Assembly (NCBI GenBank): GCA_965235115.1
Contig: OZ249437.1
Coordinates: forward strand, 8,308,001-8,372,000
Direction: 5' to 3'
DNA: 64,000 nucleotides
Origin: Laetmonice hystrix
Taxonomy: Eukaryota
In this document: positions 1 to 14,500 of the stretch, one piece after another
How positions within the stretch are numbered: position 1 is the stretch's first letter
Layout of the letters: each line of letters begins with the position of its first letter
Program-made: the position numbers and the translations under genes
The notes under the pieces: model-generated
The model's database searches: none
What the model saw: the letters and a program-made list of their open reading frames with translations, nothing else
What the model was told of the DNA's origin: nothing

Positions 1-1399
1 CAGTGGAATTGCTGAAATGATTACACGTGAGACCAGCAGTAAAGACCGGGAATAATGTCAGGACACACAGGCCAGCAACTTTGGAACGATCTATGCGTGG
101 GAGTGAGGGTGTACAGTCAGTCTGTAGGATTCCCATTTCTTTTCCCCAAATGTTTGAATTATGTTTGTTTCTAGGTTTCCAGTAGAGGGAATGATACTGT
201 TGGCGTGACTAAACCCGTGATGTGTGGTAGATTATTATATCTCACGGGTGGTTTGTTGGAGGGAGTATGACCTCATGTTGGTAGGTCCTGGTTGGACCAT
301 CCTGGTGAATAACTAAAACTGAAGTCTCATCATGACGTTAGCGGCAGGGGAGATTATAATACAGTAGATTGGTCCCCTGCTGCTCGGCAGTGCCATCATC
401 CCTAAGGTATTGTCCTTAGCGCAGTATTATCATGCATAATTCGCCTCTGGTTTTCCTCACAGTTGAGACTCAGCGTATAAAGTGTCTGATTGATCCACGT
501 TCCTATGGATGGGTGGTTGGCGCCGTGTAAACGAAACTAAATGAAGTTCAGCCATCCGTAACGCGCAGTCAACTTCGACCAGGACCTCACAACCGCCAGA
601 GTTGACAACAACTCTGTGCTATTGACTGCTTGCCGACTGGTATATGCCCCGCCCGGAGAGGGTCAGGAGCCAGATTGTACAGTTCTCGGTCCCTATGGTC
701 TCGTATTGCGGGGTGGTGGTGGTTGGGGGAAGGGGGCGCGTCCCAAGGGGCAACTCACATGAAGTACCAAATCAAATGGCATCAATTACTGGTGCTCACA
801 GGGGGTAGCTGAAGAGACAACGGAGATCGCACGGCCGAATGGACCACCACAAGTAATTGATCCCTACACACTACACATTAAACATACATCCAGACGCGCA
901 AAGTCAAAGCAACAGCCCATCATTGGCAGGTCCCTCAGGCGGACAGGGGCTCATCTTAAACTATTTACCATTGACTGGAAGAGAATTAATTCCCAATACA
1001 GGTCAACCAGGTATACTGGTGTTTCTGACATTGGTACCACAGCTTAGGAAGTAGCCTACAAGCGTCACCAAGCGCCATGTCACAATGATTTAAACCGTTA
1101 GACTTTCGGTTGGAAATATCAGCGAGGTTTTATGTGAATCCATCTCAGCCAGCGAGTTCTAAAAGTGGCTTCAGGTAACTGAAACTAACGTACAAAAGAA
1201 TGTATAAAATGTTGTTATCAGATCATGATGAGAAATACGACCAAGAGACCTTTTAACGCCATTTATCCAACGGATTTTTTTGGACGTCTTTAAACAAAAG
1301 GGAAGGACACGTCACGGGGAGTTGGGCATGAAAGCACGGTTTTAAGTGCAGGGCGAATGATTTTTTTTGCGGTCTGGGCAGGAAAGGGACAATGCGGTG

Positions 1400-2640
1400 A
1401 TGTGGGGAGAGCGTGGTATGGCGTCCATCCCGAGCTCAGGCCCCACATTGACATGCTTCCTGTCAGACGACCGGCCGCGCCGTGGTCGAAATATGCAAAC
1501 GTCAGTTAATGACCTTCTCCTACATGAAAGGCTCACTAGGGGGCGCGTGATGCCAGCAGCATGCAAAGACTTTCAGAGGCACTTAACAACTCGCTCTTCA
1601 TCAACACGCTCGTCGAGAAACCCCTTAAAAACTTTGCCAACCGATGCGTCAGCACATGGCATAGCACATGGCATGACTGGTTTACCTACTACTCTAAAAC
1701 TGATGGAAAGTTCCTTGTTGCTCATGGTCAAAATGCATTCGTGTTTGCAAACCAGAGGCCCTCCACGTGGGATAGGATCGTATACATGTTATTGTCGTGA
1801 CGTCCATGGCCGGGGGGGGGGGAGGGGGTATATGATACGGGAGGGTTATGACTTACATTCCAAGGCCGTAGTCTGGCCCAAATACGCGGGGGGGGGGGGG
1901 GGACAGTGCCTCCTCAGCCAGTACCAAGTGTCAATGCCAGTGTCAATGTTGGGGATCCAGGCCCAATAATAATTCAAAATATGGAAATCGGGGGTGGGGG
2001 GCAGTTGCCCCCTTGCCCCCCCCCCCGCCCCCGCAAGTTACGGCCCTGATTTCCGTGTCGTACCGACTTCATTAGGTCACGTCTATAGAAATTCCTCGAC
2101 TTCCTGATCCCTCGCGTATAATCTTTACATATGATGGCCGCTTCCATCTCCTTGGATGGGATTTATGGGATTAATGATTATCTCACGCATCAGTTTAATG
2201 GGAAGATCCCATTAATGTCATCGATGCAGAATGTTTTAATGACTAGGCCTCGGTTTACGTCGGGAAATGGCTGACCCACTGATGTAAACATGTTTCTGGC
2301 GGAAGTTAATGGTGACATTTAAGGATAGCGATCATTACTGGGACTAGATACTTGATATGTTGTGCAGCAAGACGTGTCCTTGCATGTCGTATACCGATTA
2401 CAGTCATAGGGTCGATGACCAATGGATCAGTGCAATGGACACGGACATTGTTCACCCGGTGGTAATGGCCGATATCTAAAGTATGCCAGTCAGGAAGCCG
2501 GCTCAAACTTACATCCGACATGAGAATAAGCTGTTTGAGTGACTGTCAGTGCGCTGGTCATAACGGGGTAATGAGAGGGACAGTGAGAGGGCCATTACAT
2601 TGGTATCATTCCGCCAGTATACTATCTAAAGCCGACTGTG
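1400..2640 (+). mobile_element. Highly decayed Gypsy-type LTR retrotransposon pol remnant (RNase H / integrase zinc-finger region)
   Basis: PLKTLPTDASAHGIA (TDAS at 1639-1650) resembles the Gypsy RNase H xxTDASxxGIGAVL motif. TYDGRFHLL (2127-2153) resembles YLYGRxFxLxTDH. AGHNGV (~2553-2570) resembles the integrase GHxG zinc finger. The motifs are in the expected order but frameshifted. Confidence 0.4.
1861..2048. mobile_element. Short G/C-tract MITE inserted in the Gypsy remnant
   Basis: Imperfect TIRs CAAGGCCGTAG ... TTACGGCCCTG enclose a poly-G tract, a GGGGCAGTTGCCCC palindrome and a poly-C tract. No TSD recognisable. Confidence 0.55.
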
Positions 2641-3189
2641 TACTGCGACCGAGTCGAGTCGACACAATCGCCCAGTCTATAATAAAAAAGTTGCTTGTCT
2701 TTCTTGACGCGGCAATAAAAACTTAGTTGCCTGGAAATAGAACCATATTCTATTTGGCGCGACTAGTCTCCCGAAACCAACCAATCAGCGCGCTGCACTC
2801 CGTTGGCCGCTATGACGCTGGCCTCATGACGTTTGTGGTTATGTAAGAGAAGATGTGGGGACGAGGAGGGCAGCCCCTACCGGGGGTTTACAGGGTGATT
2901 ACTATATATTTTATACTAGTAATCGATCAACAAGTTTTGTTTGGCCCCGTATCGCCAATTAAACTCAAAATTAGATGTCAGAGGCTACTGATACAGCCAA
3001 CTGATACTGATGAAAGGCGGTGAAAGTGACCAATGGAATCTTTCTTTGAAATCATCATTATTTTCTTTAGGGATCAGTCAGGACTTGAGACACTCGAGGG
3101 AGCACCTCCACCCCACCCCCCCGGCACGCATTTGTGTACAGGTCATCTTCCCTTACATACACCCAGACTCACACGCTAATCCTCCATCG

Positions 3190-3480
3190 GCATCAGCCAT
3201 TTTGTAGGACTGATCGCAGGAAACAGAATGATCGCTACGACCTAGGTTGCCAGTATTGCGTTTGGTACGATTTGTTGTCACAAATTGTCAGTCGCCTTAA
3301 ACGGGGCTGTAGACTCCGGAATCTGTACCAGCGTAGATTATTCGGAGTTGATGTGGGCAGTGGACCATGTTTGTCGGCTCTCTTCAATCTATATGATAGG
3401 TGTACGGAGTGCTGGGTCAGTTATCAAATGGTAACCCTGTTATACCAACGTTACACGCGCAAAGAACCCTAGTCACTTGT
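3190..3480 (+). mobile_element. Decayed non-LTR retrotransposon (LINE) reverse transcriptase fragment
   Basis: The ORF-track peptide RLRNLYQRR...GVDVGSGPCLSALFNLY resembles LINE RT ...NLY...GVxQGCxLSPxLFNLY. Confidence 0.4.
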
Positions 3481-6400
3481 CAAAATGGGTCAGTCATCGA
3501 GTCCGGAGTGCGGGTTTACTACTGATATCGTTATCATTACCGTCCACAATAATGGACAGAAATAATTGAGATGTTCTCGTCGTGAAGACGGTCAACAATT
3601 GCTGACAGGGAGGAGAAGAATCGCTGACTGGTATCAGTGTCATCTTGTATGAGATTGCTTGCTACTGATGACTCTATATGGGGGCAATGACCTCACTTAA
3701 CGAATTCATGTCCGTACGTGTTAAAAATCATCTCGTATGTCTGCCCACTTTTTCCATTGCACTGTGATTGGTTACTTGAAAGGATCTTTTTACCAATAAA
3801 CGTATCTCAGATGTGAACTGTGGGAGGAGATGTTGAATCCAAGTATCCCACACCGAGGAGGCGATCACTTTGTTTCACTATCCATCATTATTAGCCTCTG
3901 ATGTAGGTTCCCTGCTGATGAGCGAACGACCTCCGTATAGTAGTAGCCGCAATTACTTACTCTGTTACTTGCAGCTAATGGTAGATTCACATATTGCTTT
4001 CTCTCTTTTCCAGGTAGGTCAAGCTCAGTGGCGAACGTTACGGTGTATGCTGACTGGTGCTGACGGTAGGGCAACTTATTACACCTCATTATGGTATGAC
4101 CTGAGCAGTGGCGGCAGATACTACATTTAATTAACCGTTGGCTAGTTATAGTTACCTGTGCAGCAAATACAGCAGGAAGATTTACAAAGTCTTATTCTCT
4201 ATCTCTCTTTTGTGAAAACTAATTTGATGATTGATGCAAAGTAATTTCAAACATTCGAAGAGTTGTATATTTTCTATAGCATAAAAATATTGTGGATTTA
4301 TAAAGGTCTTAGTTCTGTTAACACATGGGTAATGAAGTCTCCTTCTGGGGCATAGGAAAAATTCCGCTTCCATTGCGTTTCATGCACATTTAAAAACCTG
4401 AAAACCAAATTGAAGGAAGTTTTACTAAGTTTGAGAGAAAATAAGGGAAGAAAAAACTTTTCAAGGGAGATGAATGTAATTACGGGTAATGGTTCGTTAT
4501 TAAATTTATAAAAGGTGTTGCTGTCTTTTAAAGGAATTTCTTCGTGTACATAACGTAACGTGAAAGGTATTATTTCTTTATGAATTCTAGTAAGTGTTTT
4601 TATGTATGAACGTTAGAAATTATTAGGTATTATAAAAATATTGTTTGTGAAAAAAGTAAAAGTATTACTAGGCCTATATGAATCGTGATGCGTATGAATG
4701 GATTTATATCATGACATTATTCAATAGCGTTCTGATCTTCAATCATTTTGTTCTCAGTCACGGCAAGTTTAAGTCTAAGTTTTTTTAACCGGTGAGGTTT
4801 AAAAGCATTACCCAATTTTCCCTCTAAGAATGTTTGGTTTCTGAGAGAGAAACAAGTCGTTGTCGAAGACGGGGTAAGTGGGGATAGGTTGATTCGTCAC
4901 AGATCCGGATGATGAGGATTCGCCAGGTGTCGACACAGGTCAGCACATTAGGTCACAACGACCTAATGAAAGTAATATAGGGACAATCTAATAACGAGCG
5001 TATATTGCAGTAGCTGATGGACATGGAAGTGTTGTAAGGTGAAGCAACCAAATCAATGACGGCCGCCCAGTGCCTTAAACCGCTATCAACCCAGCGGCAA
5101 CAGGAGATTTAAAAAGCTGTTAGGAGATGAGATGTCATCTTTCTTTGTCGAATTCTGAGCATGACTTCTGGCAACAAAGTACCTGGCATTAACCCGTTGT
5201 AATGTGGTATGGATTGTACAAAGGGGTTGGGGTTGGCTTGGGAGTTAATCACTAAAATTAGGCTGAAACAGTTTTTTGCCCGTAGGCACAGCTACAGAAA
5301 GTTCTGAGATAAAACTTTCTCGAGATTTTCCATGTTTTTGTCTAAAAGTAGTTTTCATATGAAGAGGTCGCTTACGCCCCCACCTTTGCTCGCGCTTTGA
5401 GAGCAACAGTTTCTTCGAAAGGCATTCAGAGACAAAATTTCCTCAACAGCTCATTGCGTCTTAACTGGAGTGGCAGAAAACACCACCTTTACGATCAGAC
5501 AAAACCGTGAAGTCAAGACTATTGCCTTATATTTGTAACAAGCTTCGACAATACCATCAATTTGGCACAATGAATGTAATGTTCGCGACCGCATAGCGTG
5601 GAACTTACTTAAAGAATTGATTGCCGCTACCGTTGTATGCTTCGAGCCAATATGACTACCATTTAGTGAAACCTAACACCATGTAAGAGGTGAGTCATTG
5701 ATTACCCATTGTTTGGCGAAACTATTTTTTATTCGAAGAAAGGCAAAAAATTTCAGGTTGTCCAGGAATTTGTATCAACATGGAAATGACTGATGATTGG
5801 GCAAAACAAGTAATTCTATTTATTATAGGAATGCTGATATCCTAACGGAAAACATGAATCTAGGACAACACATTCTCGTTCAAGAAAAAAAAATCCTGCA
5901 TGAATATTACTATGCATAATGTCTTGTAACCATGAACTAAAGACTGCCATTGCTAATTTGGATCAGCCTATCAATCACTTTATTTATAGGTTTTTTTAAT
6001 AGCAGCCTTATGAAAGTTACCAATATTTGTCGCAGCCAAGGCTGGAGGGTAGGTTTACTATGTTAGCCTTTATTTGCTCTGGATACACACTAAGGATGTT
6101 TAGGTAATGTGCATGGCTGTCTTTTTTTTTATCGGACCTCACGAATGGTAGTGGTATGATAAGATAAAATGGTACTTTACATTCAGGTCTGTGTTTTAAA
6201 AATGAAAATAGACTTTTAGAAACTTAGTTTTTTTTAAGTAAATAGCATTTTATCATATTTTTATGTTACTTCCGATAAAATTGTTGGTTTTATTCATTCA
6301 AGAGTTAGGGACTGATTAGGATATAATCGTGCCTTGAAGCTGAGACACTAATGGACTTTTCAGATGGTAAGAAATAATGTAACTCTTAGATATACAGTTT

Positions 6401-7129
6401 TTTAATGGGTCAATGAAAGTTTTTAAAGTTAAAGTACACTTTAACGTTAAGCCTATGGAACGCCGCAGGTGTAGTTTACGTCCCATACCCCACTATTATA
6501 ATAAATAGACTTTTAAAAGGCTACAGTCCATGAATTGAAAGTATTGTAATACAAACCTCCTATTATCTCAGTGTTTTCTACTTTGACCTTCAAGCATCGC
6601 TTTTTTATCGACACTGTGAACTGTGATTGAGTATATTCACTTCTGCCTTGTTCTCCATTTTCATTGGGAATTTTAGATTAACTGTAATCCGCTTTCTCTC
6701 TGTAGGTTTTCCTCGTAGGGTTTGCAGAGATCTCAAATATATATTTCCCAATGGAATAGTTCTTGATGTAGTTCAGTACTGCAGAAATCAAAAGAAATGA
6801 TTGAAAGCGAAGCGATTCTACTGTTCCCAGTGAGGTTACATTTAACCCATTAACTTTGTATCTTTAATCTTTCCCGGTACATTCCGTGGTCCCACGACTC
6901 TGCGCTGTATTTGGCATCCATGAGATCTGCTATTTCCTACAACAGACAAATAATTGCAAGCATTGTTGTTCACTGAGACTTCAGGGTACTTTTTTACGTC
7001 ATTAACGGAAGTTGGCGACGCTAATATCCAGATCTAAAGTAGGAACTGCTTCATTATACCCCGGTCTGTAAGAGTTGGTGTTTTTGATTAACTTGTATTA
7101 CCTTCGACTTAAGATATTGACTAGGTCAC

Positions 7130-7320
7130 ATAGTTCAAGACAAGAAGAAATGAAAGACGAGAGATGATTTTGTCCACTTGAGAAAAGCGTTTGACCTTCT
7201 GAGAAGCAGTCTTCGTGTCGGTCCATCAAAAGCCGTCATCCTTCGGTCCTGACCCAGCCGTGCTGTCTCACATTACCTTCAGCCATAGTCAGTTCCGCTA
7301 GTTTCCAAAGGTCGAACTAA
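7130..7320 (+). mobile_element. Decayed LINE reverse transcriptase fragment
   Basis: One frame reads QDKKK*KTRDDFVHLRKAFDLL...SHYLQ, resembling the LINE RT motif D(K)GK...FxDLxKAFD followed by SYL. Confidence 0.45.
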
Positions 7321-10110
7321 AAACATCAGAAAGAAAACTCTCGGCCAAGTCCTAATATCACCCACTTTGCGATTCTTTGGTCTAGCAAAAATAATTATCG
7401 AAAATATGTACAGGAAGTATCCGTGACACTGACATTGTTTGCCCACATACAATTTGAGCTTGTGAACTTTCTGAGCGCTGTAGGGGGCATGTCTAGTTAT
7501 TATGTGTAGAAAGGCGTTTTCCCGACTAAGCTGGAATCCCCTGAAACTTCAACTCTGTCTCCTTCCGTGTCTGGCCTGTCATCATTTTTTAAATTCGAAA
7601 AAAACATAGATTTTTTGTCAATTTGGTCGGTGGCCACGGTTATCTGTTATCCTCACCGCAATCGTGCACAATGATTTATTTTGTTCATTACAAAGACACT
7701 TAAGAGTCATTGTTCATGAGACTATTGTTATCACGTATTGTTTCAGTGTGTGCGACAGAATATAGGATGAACATTGCGAACAGAAATTAAGTTATAAACG
7801 TTATACTCTTTGAACACCACAAATAATAACATAAATTAATGGTCAAAACATGACATGAAACAAATGCCATGCAATGCCATTTGCCTCAGTATGTGATTTG
7901 GTCTGCGTTCAAAGACTTTCCTTCTCTATTTACGAATGCTAATTGGGTTATAGTACTTAATAAAAACACCTATAACAATGATGACTACATGAAATGAACA
8001 TTTCTATAAAGAAAATTGTATCACTTTGGTCAAGCAAATGCCATTTCTAAAAGTTGTCATTTCAGCAAGTTTTGCTATTCCAAGACGATTATAATCCTGT
8101 GCAATATAAAAGTGAATTCAGTGCTTAATTCTGTGACTAGCAGCCACCGTTTGGAATTTTCTCAGCTAGTATATTCGTGTTATATCATTCATGTCTCATA
8201 CGGGTCAGGGAAAGGCAGGAAAGCTAATATTTTCTCAAGGTCAGGGAAAAATCGGATAATTTTGACTTTTGCCCAAAGTCAGAGAATCTTGATCTTTTCC
8301 AAAATGCAAAGCTGGCATTCATGGCAATACTTACAATTACGATCTGCCCCTTTCAGTCTCTGCACCCGTTCCCTGTCCGTTACAGTATGAAACGAGAGAA
8401 ATCATCCATGTATATCTTAGTGATGCCGCCAGTCCCCCGTGGCTTTGGATGTGCCAAGTGAACAGAAAATGAGACCGATCAGATTCACTTACTGTTACGG
8501 TAAGGAGATATTCGCACCAAGGTGGCGTCGGATAACACAGTCTGCCATTCTTGTAGATATCTTCTCTTTGAATGTTTCATATACCTTGAGATAATGGTTC
8601 GTTTTTCTGAGATAACAGATGTAAGATAGACTATTATGGATACTCAGATAATCTTTATAGATATAATAATTCATGTATAAGATATGTATAAGATGAGGAC
8701 ATTCGTGACATATTGTCACCTGAAAATAGTCTTAACACGTGCAGTAAAGGGATCGTAGATGGGGATGACGTTATTACTGCTTGAATAATAAGTTGTAATA
8801 GTCTCTTATTAGGATAAATCTTTAGCTCAGGAAAACTTGATGGGTATCCCCTAATCTCTAGAGTGTCAAGATTTAAATGGTTTGTCGGCTGCTTCAAGTT
8901 TAGTTGTCACTCGGTATGATATAAAGCTATCTAAGATACACTCTAATGTCCCATTCACACCACAAACCGAATCGAAACGTTGCGAAGCGCTGCGAACCGT
9001 ACTGCACAATCCACACCATTCTCACTAGCGTACAATGCGCATCAGTATGTCAGGCCAAAGATGAAACAGCCTGACATACTGAACTGAGGGGAAGGTACAT
9101 TATTATGCCATAATGACCGTTTGGGGCTGCTCGCGTTGCAGGTTCTCCTCGGTCTACATCTACCAAGAAGGTTCATGAACATTATCAGAGAACGGTGGAA
9201 AAGTAAACAAAAAAACCGGGCCATGTACTCCTTCTTCGGGCCATGCTCCATCAAGGTTGTTGTACTGTAGGGCGCGTAGTGCAGGAGCCATGGGGTCAGA
9301 GCCCGCACCCCCTTTGGCGCCAGCCCTACTTCTTGTTTCTCTCTGTCTCATAGAGCTTTCTGAAATCAGCCCGTTTGATCTTCTCTGATAGATTTCACCC
9401 CCTGTTCCCCTCCCCCTGGTCCTACGGTATAACCTTACCATTATACCCTCTGTCTGGGTCTGCACTGGGCATTGAAAGGTGTCGGTATGTCTGATGTCTG
9501 GTGTGACGGGGGACAGGACACTGGGAAGAGGGTGGGTATACATCGGTTTCCACCAACTTACCCATTCAGTACGCTTCCATGCGTACAGTACCAGTTGTGT
9601 CATATTGAATTATAAATGGTAGGAGTTGGTGGATGTCTTCCGTGCTTTGGTGGTCTATAAACAACAGATGTATAGCCTTCGGTCGTGCACATTTTGTGTG
9701 TGTCAAAGTCTTCTACCTGAGAGACTGGCGCCACCACAGGACATTCTTTCCGACCAATAATCGACAATGTTCGGTTTGATATGCCTAGCACCATGATCCC
9801 AGATGTCGCAGCGCAAGGCACGCCTCCTTCCGTCCAGGACAGCTTCATCCCCACGCCCCTCCACGCCCACCCCCACGCCCCTCCACGCCCTGCCATGTCG
9901 CCACATTAGTCAGCTTTCAGTCGGAAGCACTGATTATTTGCCTTTTTTGCATTTCGTCATGATCAAGTCCTCTTGACGTGAAAAGGACCCAACAATCAAT
10001 CGCGAAATGACCCATGAAAAGGCCTTTGGCATTGTTACATTTCTCCACGATGGCACCCATTGCATTGCTCCTGACTAAAGCCTGCCTCACTCTACACGAT
10101 TTGGGGCTGC

Positions 10111-10441
10111 GAATGTATAGGACAGTTTTCGTAAACGTATGACAGGTGTCGTCATACTACACTGTTTGCTCCGATGTCCTACGATAACTTCCTAGGATAC
10201 GATACAATACAATGCCCTGCCGTATCTTGGCGAATGTATAGGACAGTTTTCGTGCTGTGTATAAACGTATGACAGGTGTCATCTACACTGTTTGCTCCGA
10301 TGTCCTTCGATAACTTCCTAGGATACGATACAATACAATGCCCTGCCGTATCTTGGCGAATGTATAGGGCAGTTTTCGTGTTATGTATTTACGTATGACA
10401 GGTGTCATCTACACTGTTTGCTCCGATGTATAACTTCCTAT
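10111..10441. repeat. Tandem repeat, ~121-126 bp unit, ~2.7 copies
   Basis: gaatgtataggacagttttcgt...gataacttcctaggatacgatacaatacaatgccctgccgtatcttggc recurs at 10111, 10232 and 10358. Confidence 0.95.
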
Positions 10442-12654
10442 GTGCCAGCAATTGTATGAAACCGGCCTCACACGGTGCGATTTTGCTGCAATATCATGTA
10501 AGTTATTCATAAGTAAGGATGAGTCAGTAGGCCGGCTGAATGCATTTCTAAGTTGAATTTTTCTCCATTACGGCAGCGCTCTCAAGGAAGTAGATGACGA
10601 GAGTGACTGTCTTGGGATCCATTGCTTGGATCAGGTGAGAGGTCATCAGTGGGATTGTAGGATTGATGTTTAGGAGGGATGAAGATACTGCCATTATATG
10701 GTAGTTTCTACCACTCCTAACCGTGCACTAGAGAATACAATGGAGTAACACGGTCGCGCTGTTGGTCTCGACAGCACGCTTAGAGGTTGTAAAACAGAAC
10801 GTGATTGGTTGAACTTGAGAATCTATTGAATAATCAGGTGGCGCATATCAGCATATTGACCACTTGCGTGGCGCCTTTCATACCGTGCTCGGAAATGTAG
10901 AGCTTGTAACTTAACTTGGTAAGCTTTTTTCTTATTTTCTAGTACAGGCAGGCCAGGGTTTAAACATGATTTTCAGTTTGTGGCCCCGGAACGTCGAAGT
11001 CTGAGCGCTGTCATCAGGGGCCTCACACTGAAAATTATGTTTAGTGCCTCATTCATGACCGTATTGCTTCTATACTTTGTACTGTGCTCGGATAACGTGG
11101 AACAGTACGTACAATCTTTTACAGTTACTTGCCATATCGTAACGATTTCCCAAGAGGTTGAAAATAAACCAGAAAGTTATCTTTGAAATATTTACAGCGG
11201 ACTGGTAATTTAATTTAGTAAGAATTCTATATAAATATACATACGTTGGCCTTAGGGAAACATGAAATTTTCATAGAAGATTTCTGGACCGGTAGCCGAG
11301 AGAAAAAAATCTGTTGTCATGCGGCCTGAGGCTAGAACGCGGCGGCCGAATCCTTCCAGGAAATGTGTGGCTTAACGTAAGAAAGGTGATCGTCAGATGA
11401 CTGCTGTCAGGATGCCATGGGTTAATGGAATATTTCTCCAGGCTACTTGTTAGTTTGAACAATACAAATTATGACATGACTGCCAACACGTGGGAGGCTA
11501 GGGCGGGGGTTTCCGCCTGGTGCTCCGGTATCCCCGACTAGTGATAATGACCGCCGCGATATTGAAGTTGCTGCTGCAGAGGTATATCCCCCTGCCATTC
11601 CCCCACCCCCACCCCCACGCCCGACCCCATCCCCACGCCCACACACACCCGACCCCACACCCACGTTGAATGCCATATTCCACAAGCTATTCAAAGACAC
11701 CCTAGCGGGTTCCAGCGACGGCCCCTCAAAGCCAAGGTGCCATTATTAACCACCTGCTGGACAGCTGGGAGACATGAAAGTACCTAGGCGAGGGACTCGT
11801 GCTGAGAGGAGCAAAGTCTATTTCCTTTCACTCTGCTCAAAAATGGACCTTCACCTGTTGCTTGAGACTACCAGGAAACTCTGCCATCTGCAATCATCTG
11901 AACTCATTCACAACAATCTGGACATCTTTGTTTACTGCTTAACCAATGACGTACTTGACGAGTTATAGACTTTCTCCCCCCACTCAGTCAGAGGGAGAGT
12001 AGGACACAGGAATGAGACCACACTCTTAGAGAGGGAGAGGGATAGGGAGAGAGTCTCCAAGAGAGAATAGGACCTGAGAAACCATCATTTGTAACATGGG
12101 CTCCGTATGGTGTGAGTGACGTGAAGATCCTGCTTCTTATTGTCGGTCATAAAACCAAACAAATGATGCGGCACTCAATGTGTTAGGGAGCATCCTCAAT
12201 GCATCACATTCAGCGTGTCTTGAAACAGCAGTTAGATGTCAGGAAGCCATTACCTTGCATGTGCCGGCATCAGAGGGTTCCGAGTGTGGTGGACGTCAGA
12301 GATGGCTTGAGATCTCTCAGAAAGAACGCACATTAGGAGCAATTGTTGTCAGAACTTGACAGGTGTGAACAACTTGGATGATAAGAAAGACAAAAAACTG
12401 GCGCATGGCTACTCTGGAAACGGCAAAAAAACGACGAAAATGTTGTCATTGTCAGTTTACTTATCAGTTTCTTCTTGAGGAACGGAATGGGTGTATTTAC
12501 AGATTGGTGCCTGTACCTCAGACTAATACTGAGTAGAGTAGCTATAGGTTACATAATATTCGGAGGAAACACGGTTCACTAATCAGAGGAAACATGAGGG
12601 AACCATTGTATTTAATAGATAGTACTGTACATGGCCGCGCGGGGTCCAGCCGGT

Positions 12655-12719
12655 ATTATGCCGTAATAATAATGCCATAATATTATGCCGTAATAATAAT
12701 GCCATAATATTATGCCGTA
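12655..12719. repeat. 27-bp tandem repeat, ~2.4 copies
   Basis: tattatgccgtaataataatgccataa repeated. Confidence 0.85.
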
Positions 12720-14049
12720 GGCTTAACCGAGATTATAGGCTGCACAACGCGGATTGTGGTACATCAAAATTAACTAGTTGGTCTATACTTTAGACCTAAC
12801 CCACAGTTAGGTAAGGTCACTTGGTCTATACATCAAACCAAGTCGCTACAGTCAGATGGGATCAGTGGCTCTCATATACATGTACCTGAAATCACCGCAG
12901 TAGGAGTAGGTCATTTTTATATTGTATTAGTAAGATTATTATTAGATGAGTAGAATGTTGGCCGGCATTGAATGATGCCTAGCGTATCTTTTAAAAGAAA
13001 AAAAGTCGATCATTCAGAAAGTCACGGCCATAATTCAAAGGGAAAAGGGAAAAACATAGTTATTAAACCGATACACACATCCTGGTGGACTGATTACAAT
13101 GAAATAAAATCAAGAAATTGGTCTAATTGTAATACGATTTAGTTTCAAATTGGTATTCGAACATTTAGAAAGCCATGGATGCTTAGTAATGGTTGAAATA
13201 TGTGTTTAAAGTGTATTCTTTGACATTGTGCAGTAGGTCTACCCTTTCAGTATAGTTCACACTGACAGTCAGTATTTCTATTTCTACAGTGATGTTAAAG
13301 CCAATACAGTACGGTTCCTTCGCCCTTCTTGAGGTAAAATTTTAACCAATTAAATACAGCTGATTGATAAACAATGTCATTGGCTGAACTATTGTGCACT
13401 TGTGGGAGCATACAATTGACCAATTTCTGCACTTTATAAAGTAGAACTATGCTGTGATGAGGGATTACATTTAGCCAATCATTGTCTTTAATGAGTCCAT
13501 ATTTGATCATTTACCATTACCTAGAACGTGTGAATGCAAATGACATAAGCCAATTAGGTGTCTTGATGACTGCGCATTGTCTGAGCAGCTCACTACAAAT
13601 TCATACGTCGCCATAATTGATGACCATTCTAAGACAAGCTCAATAGATTTTAATCGGATAAAAGGCTGCAAATGAAGGAATCAACATGCCCTAATCCGGG
13701 CAATGTGATTTGGGACGACATCCACAATCTGCATGGGATGTTTACCGCGGCAACTCTAGTTGGTTGGAAAGTTATCATTCGATTAAAGCTTGTGTGTTCC
13801 ATGGGCAAAGAAGGCGCCAATCCTGGGACGTGGGATTTGTGTGTATAGTTTGTCCCAAAACTTGGCCGCTTCTTTGATTTTCCTTGTCAATGGTCTGAGC
13901 AGACTTTAAGACACCCAGTGGTGTCTCCTTTATGGTTGATTGATGGTCTGCCTTTAGTCTACATTCGTCCTCTTCCTTCCTTTTTTTATGGTTTTCATGT
14001 TAGATATTTTGTCTTTAAAGACTCCGTATGCATTTTCTAAACGTGGCGC

Positions 14050-14500
14050 CTTTGTTGAATGGATCGACGAGTTTATAATGGTAAGAAATGTCAGACGTAT
14101 TAGCTGGGCCGTTGGTAGTTACCAGCTGGCCACAGCAGACCGACTTCTGTAGTTCAACAAATGATTGGGAGAAAGACAAGAACATCCGGCAGGGAGGGCG
14201 GGGAGGCTGTATAGGCGACACCCCCCAGCCTTTCATCACTGCTCCATGCAGTTCACTACCGCAGGTCAGAGCCTGATTCGCATTAGCCTCACCTGTTAAA
14301 GCCAATAATGGGCCTATTATCAGATTAACAACACACAGGGGGGAGACATAAGCACATTTTGATAGGTCCATCGCAACGTCAGTGGACCGCTGTTGCATAC
14401 GAGTTGGCCAATGAGACGCTAGCGGGCCGTCAGTACGAACCCATAACACATAGTTACACCGACCGTCACACGAGGCTGACGAGCTGCCTTTTAATTTTAG
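14050..14500 (-). mobile_element. Possible decayed LINE RT fragment
   Basis: The minus-strand peptide HWPTRMQQRSTDVAMDLSKCAY resembles W...V.MDLSKAFD. A later YKLVD only weakly resembles KYxDD. Confidence 0.3.

Noticed and set aside
4300-4900. Possible Penelope-like element remnant on the minus strand (IIPFTLRY...EPLPVITF); similarly RGYP at ~8840
   Set aside because: Only vague, non-catalytic motif resemblance in AT-rich sequence; cannot be supported without an HMM search.
9042-9906. Cluster of minus-strand ORFs with a GTAAGT donor at ~9560 and a VVYRPP motif
   Set aside because: No recognisable protein family. At most an APE-endonuclease-like scrap; not enough to call a nested gene or a TE.
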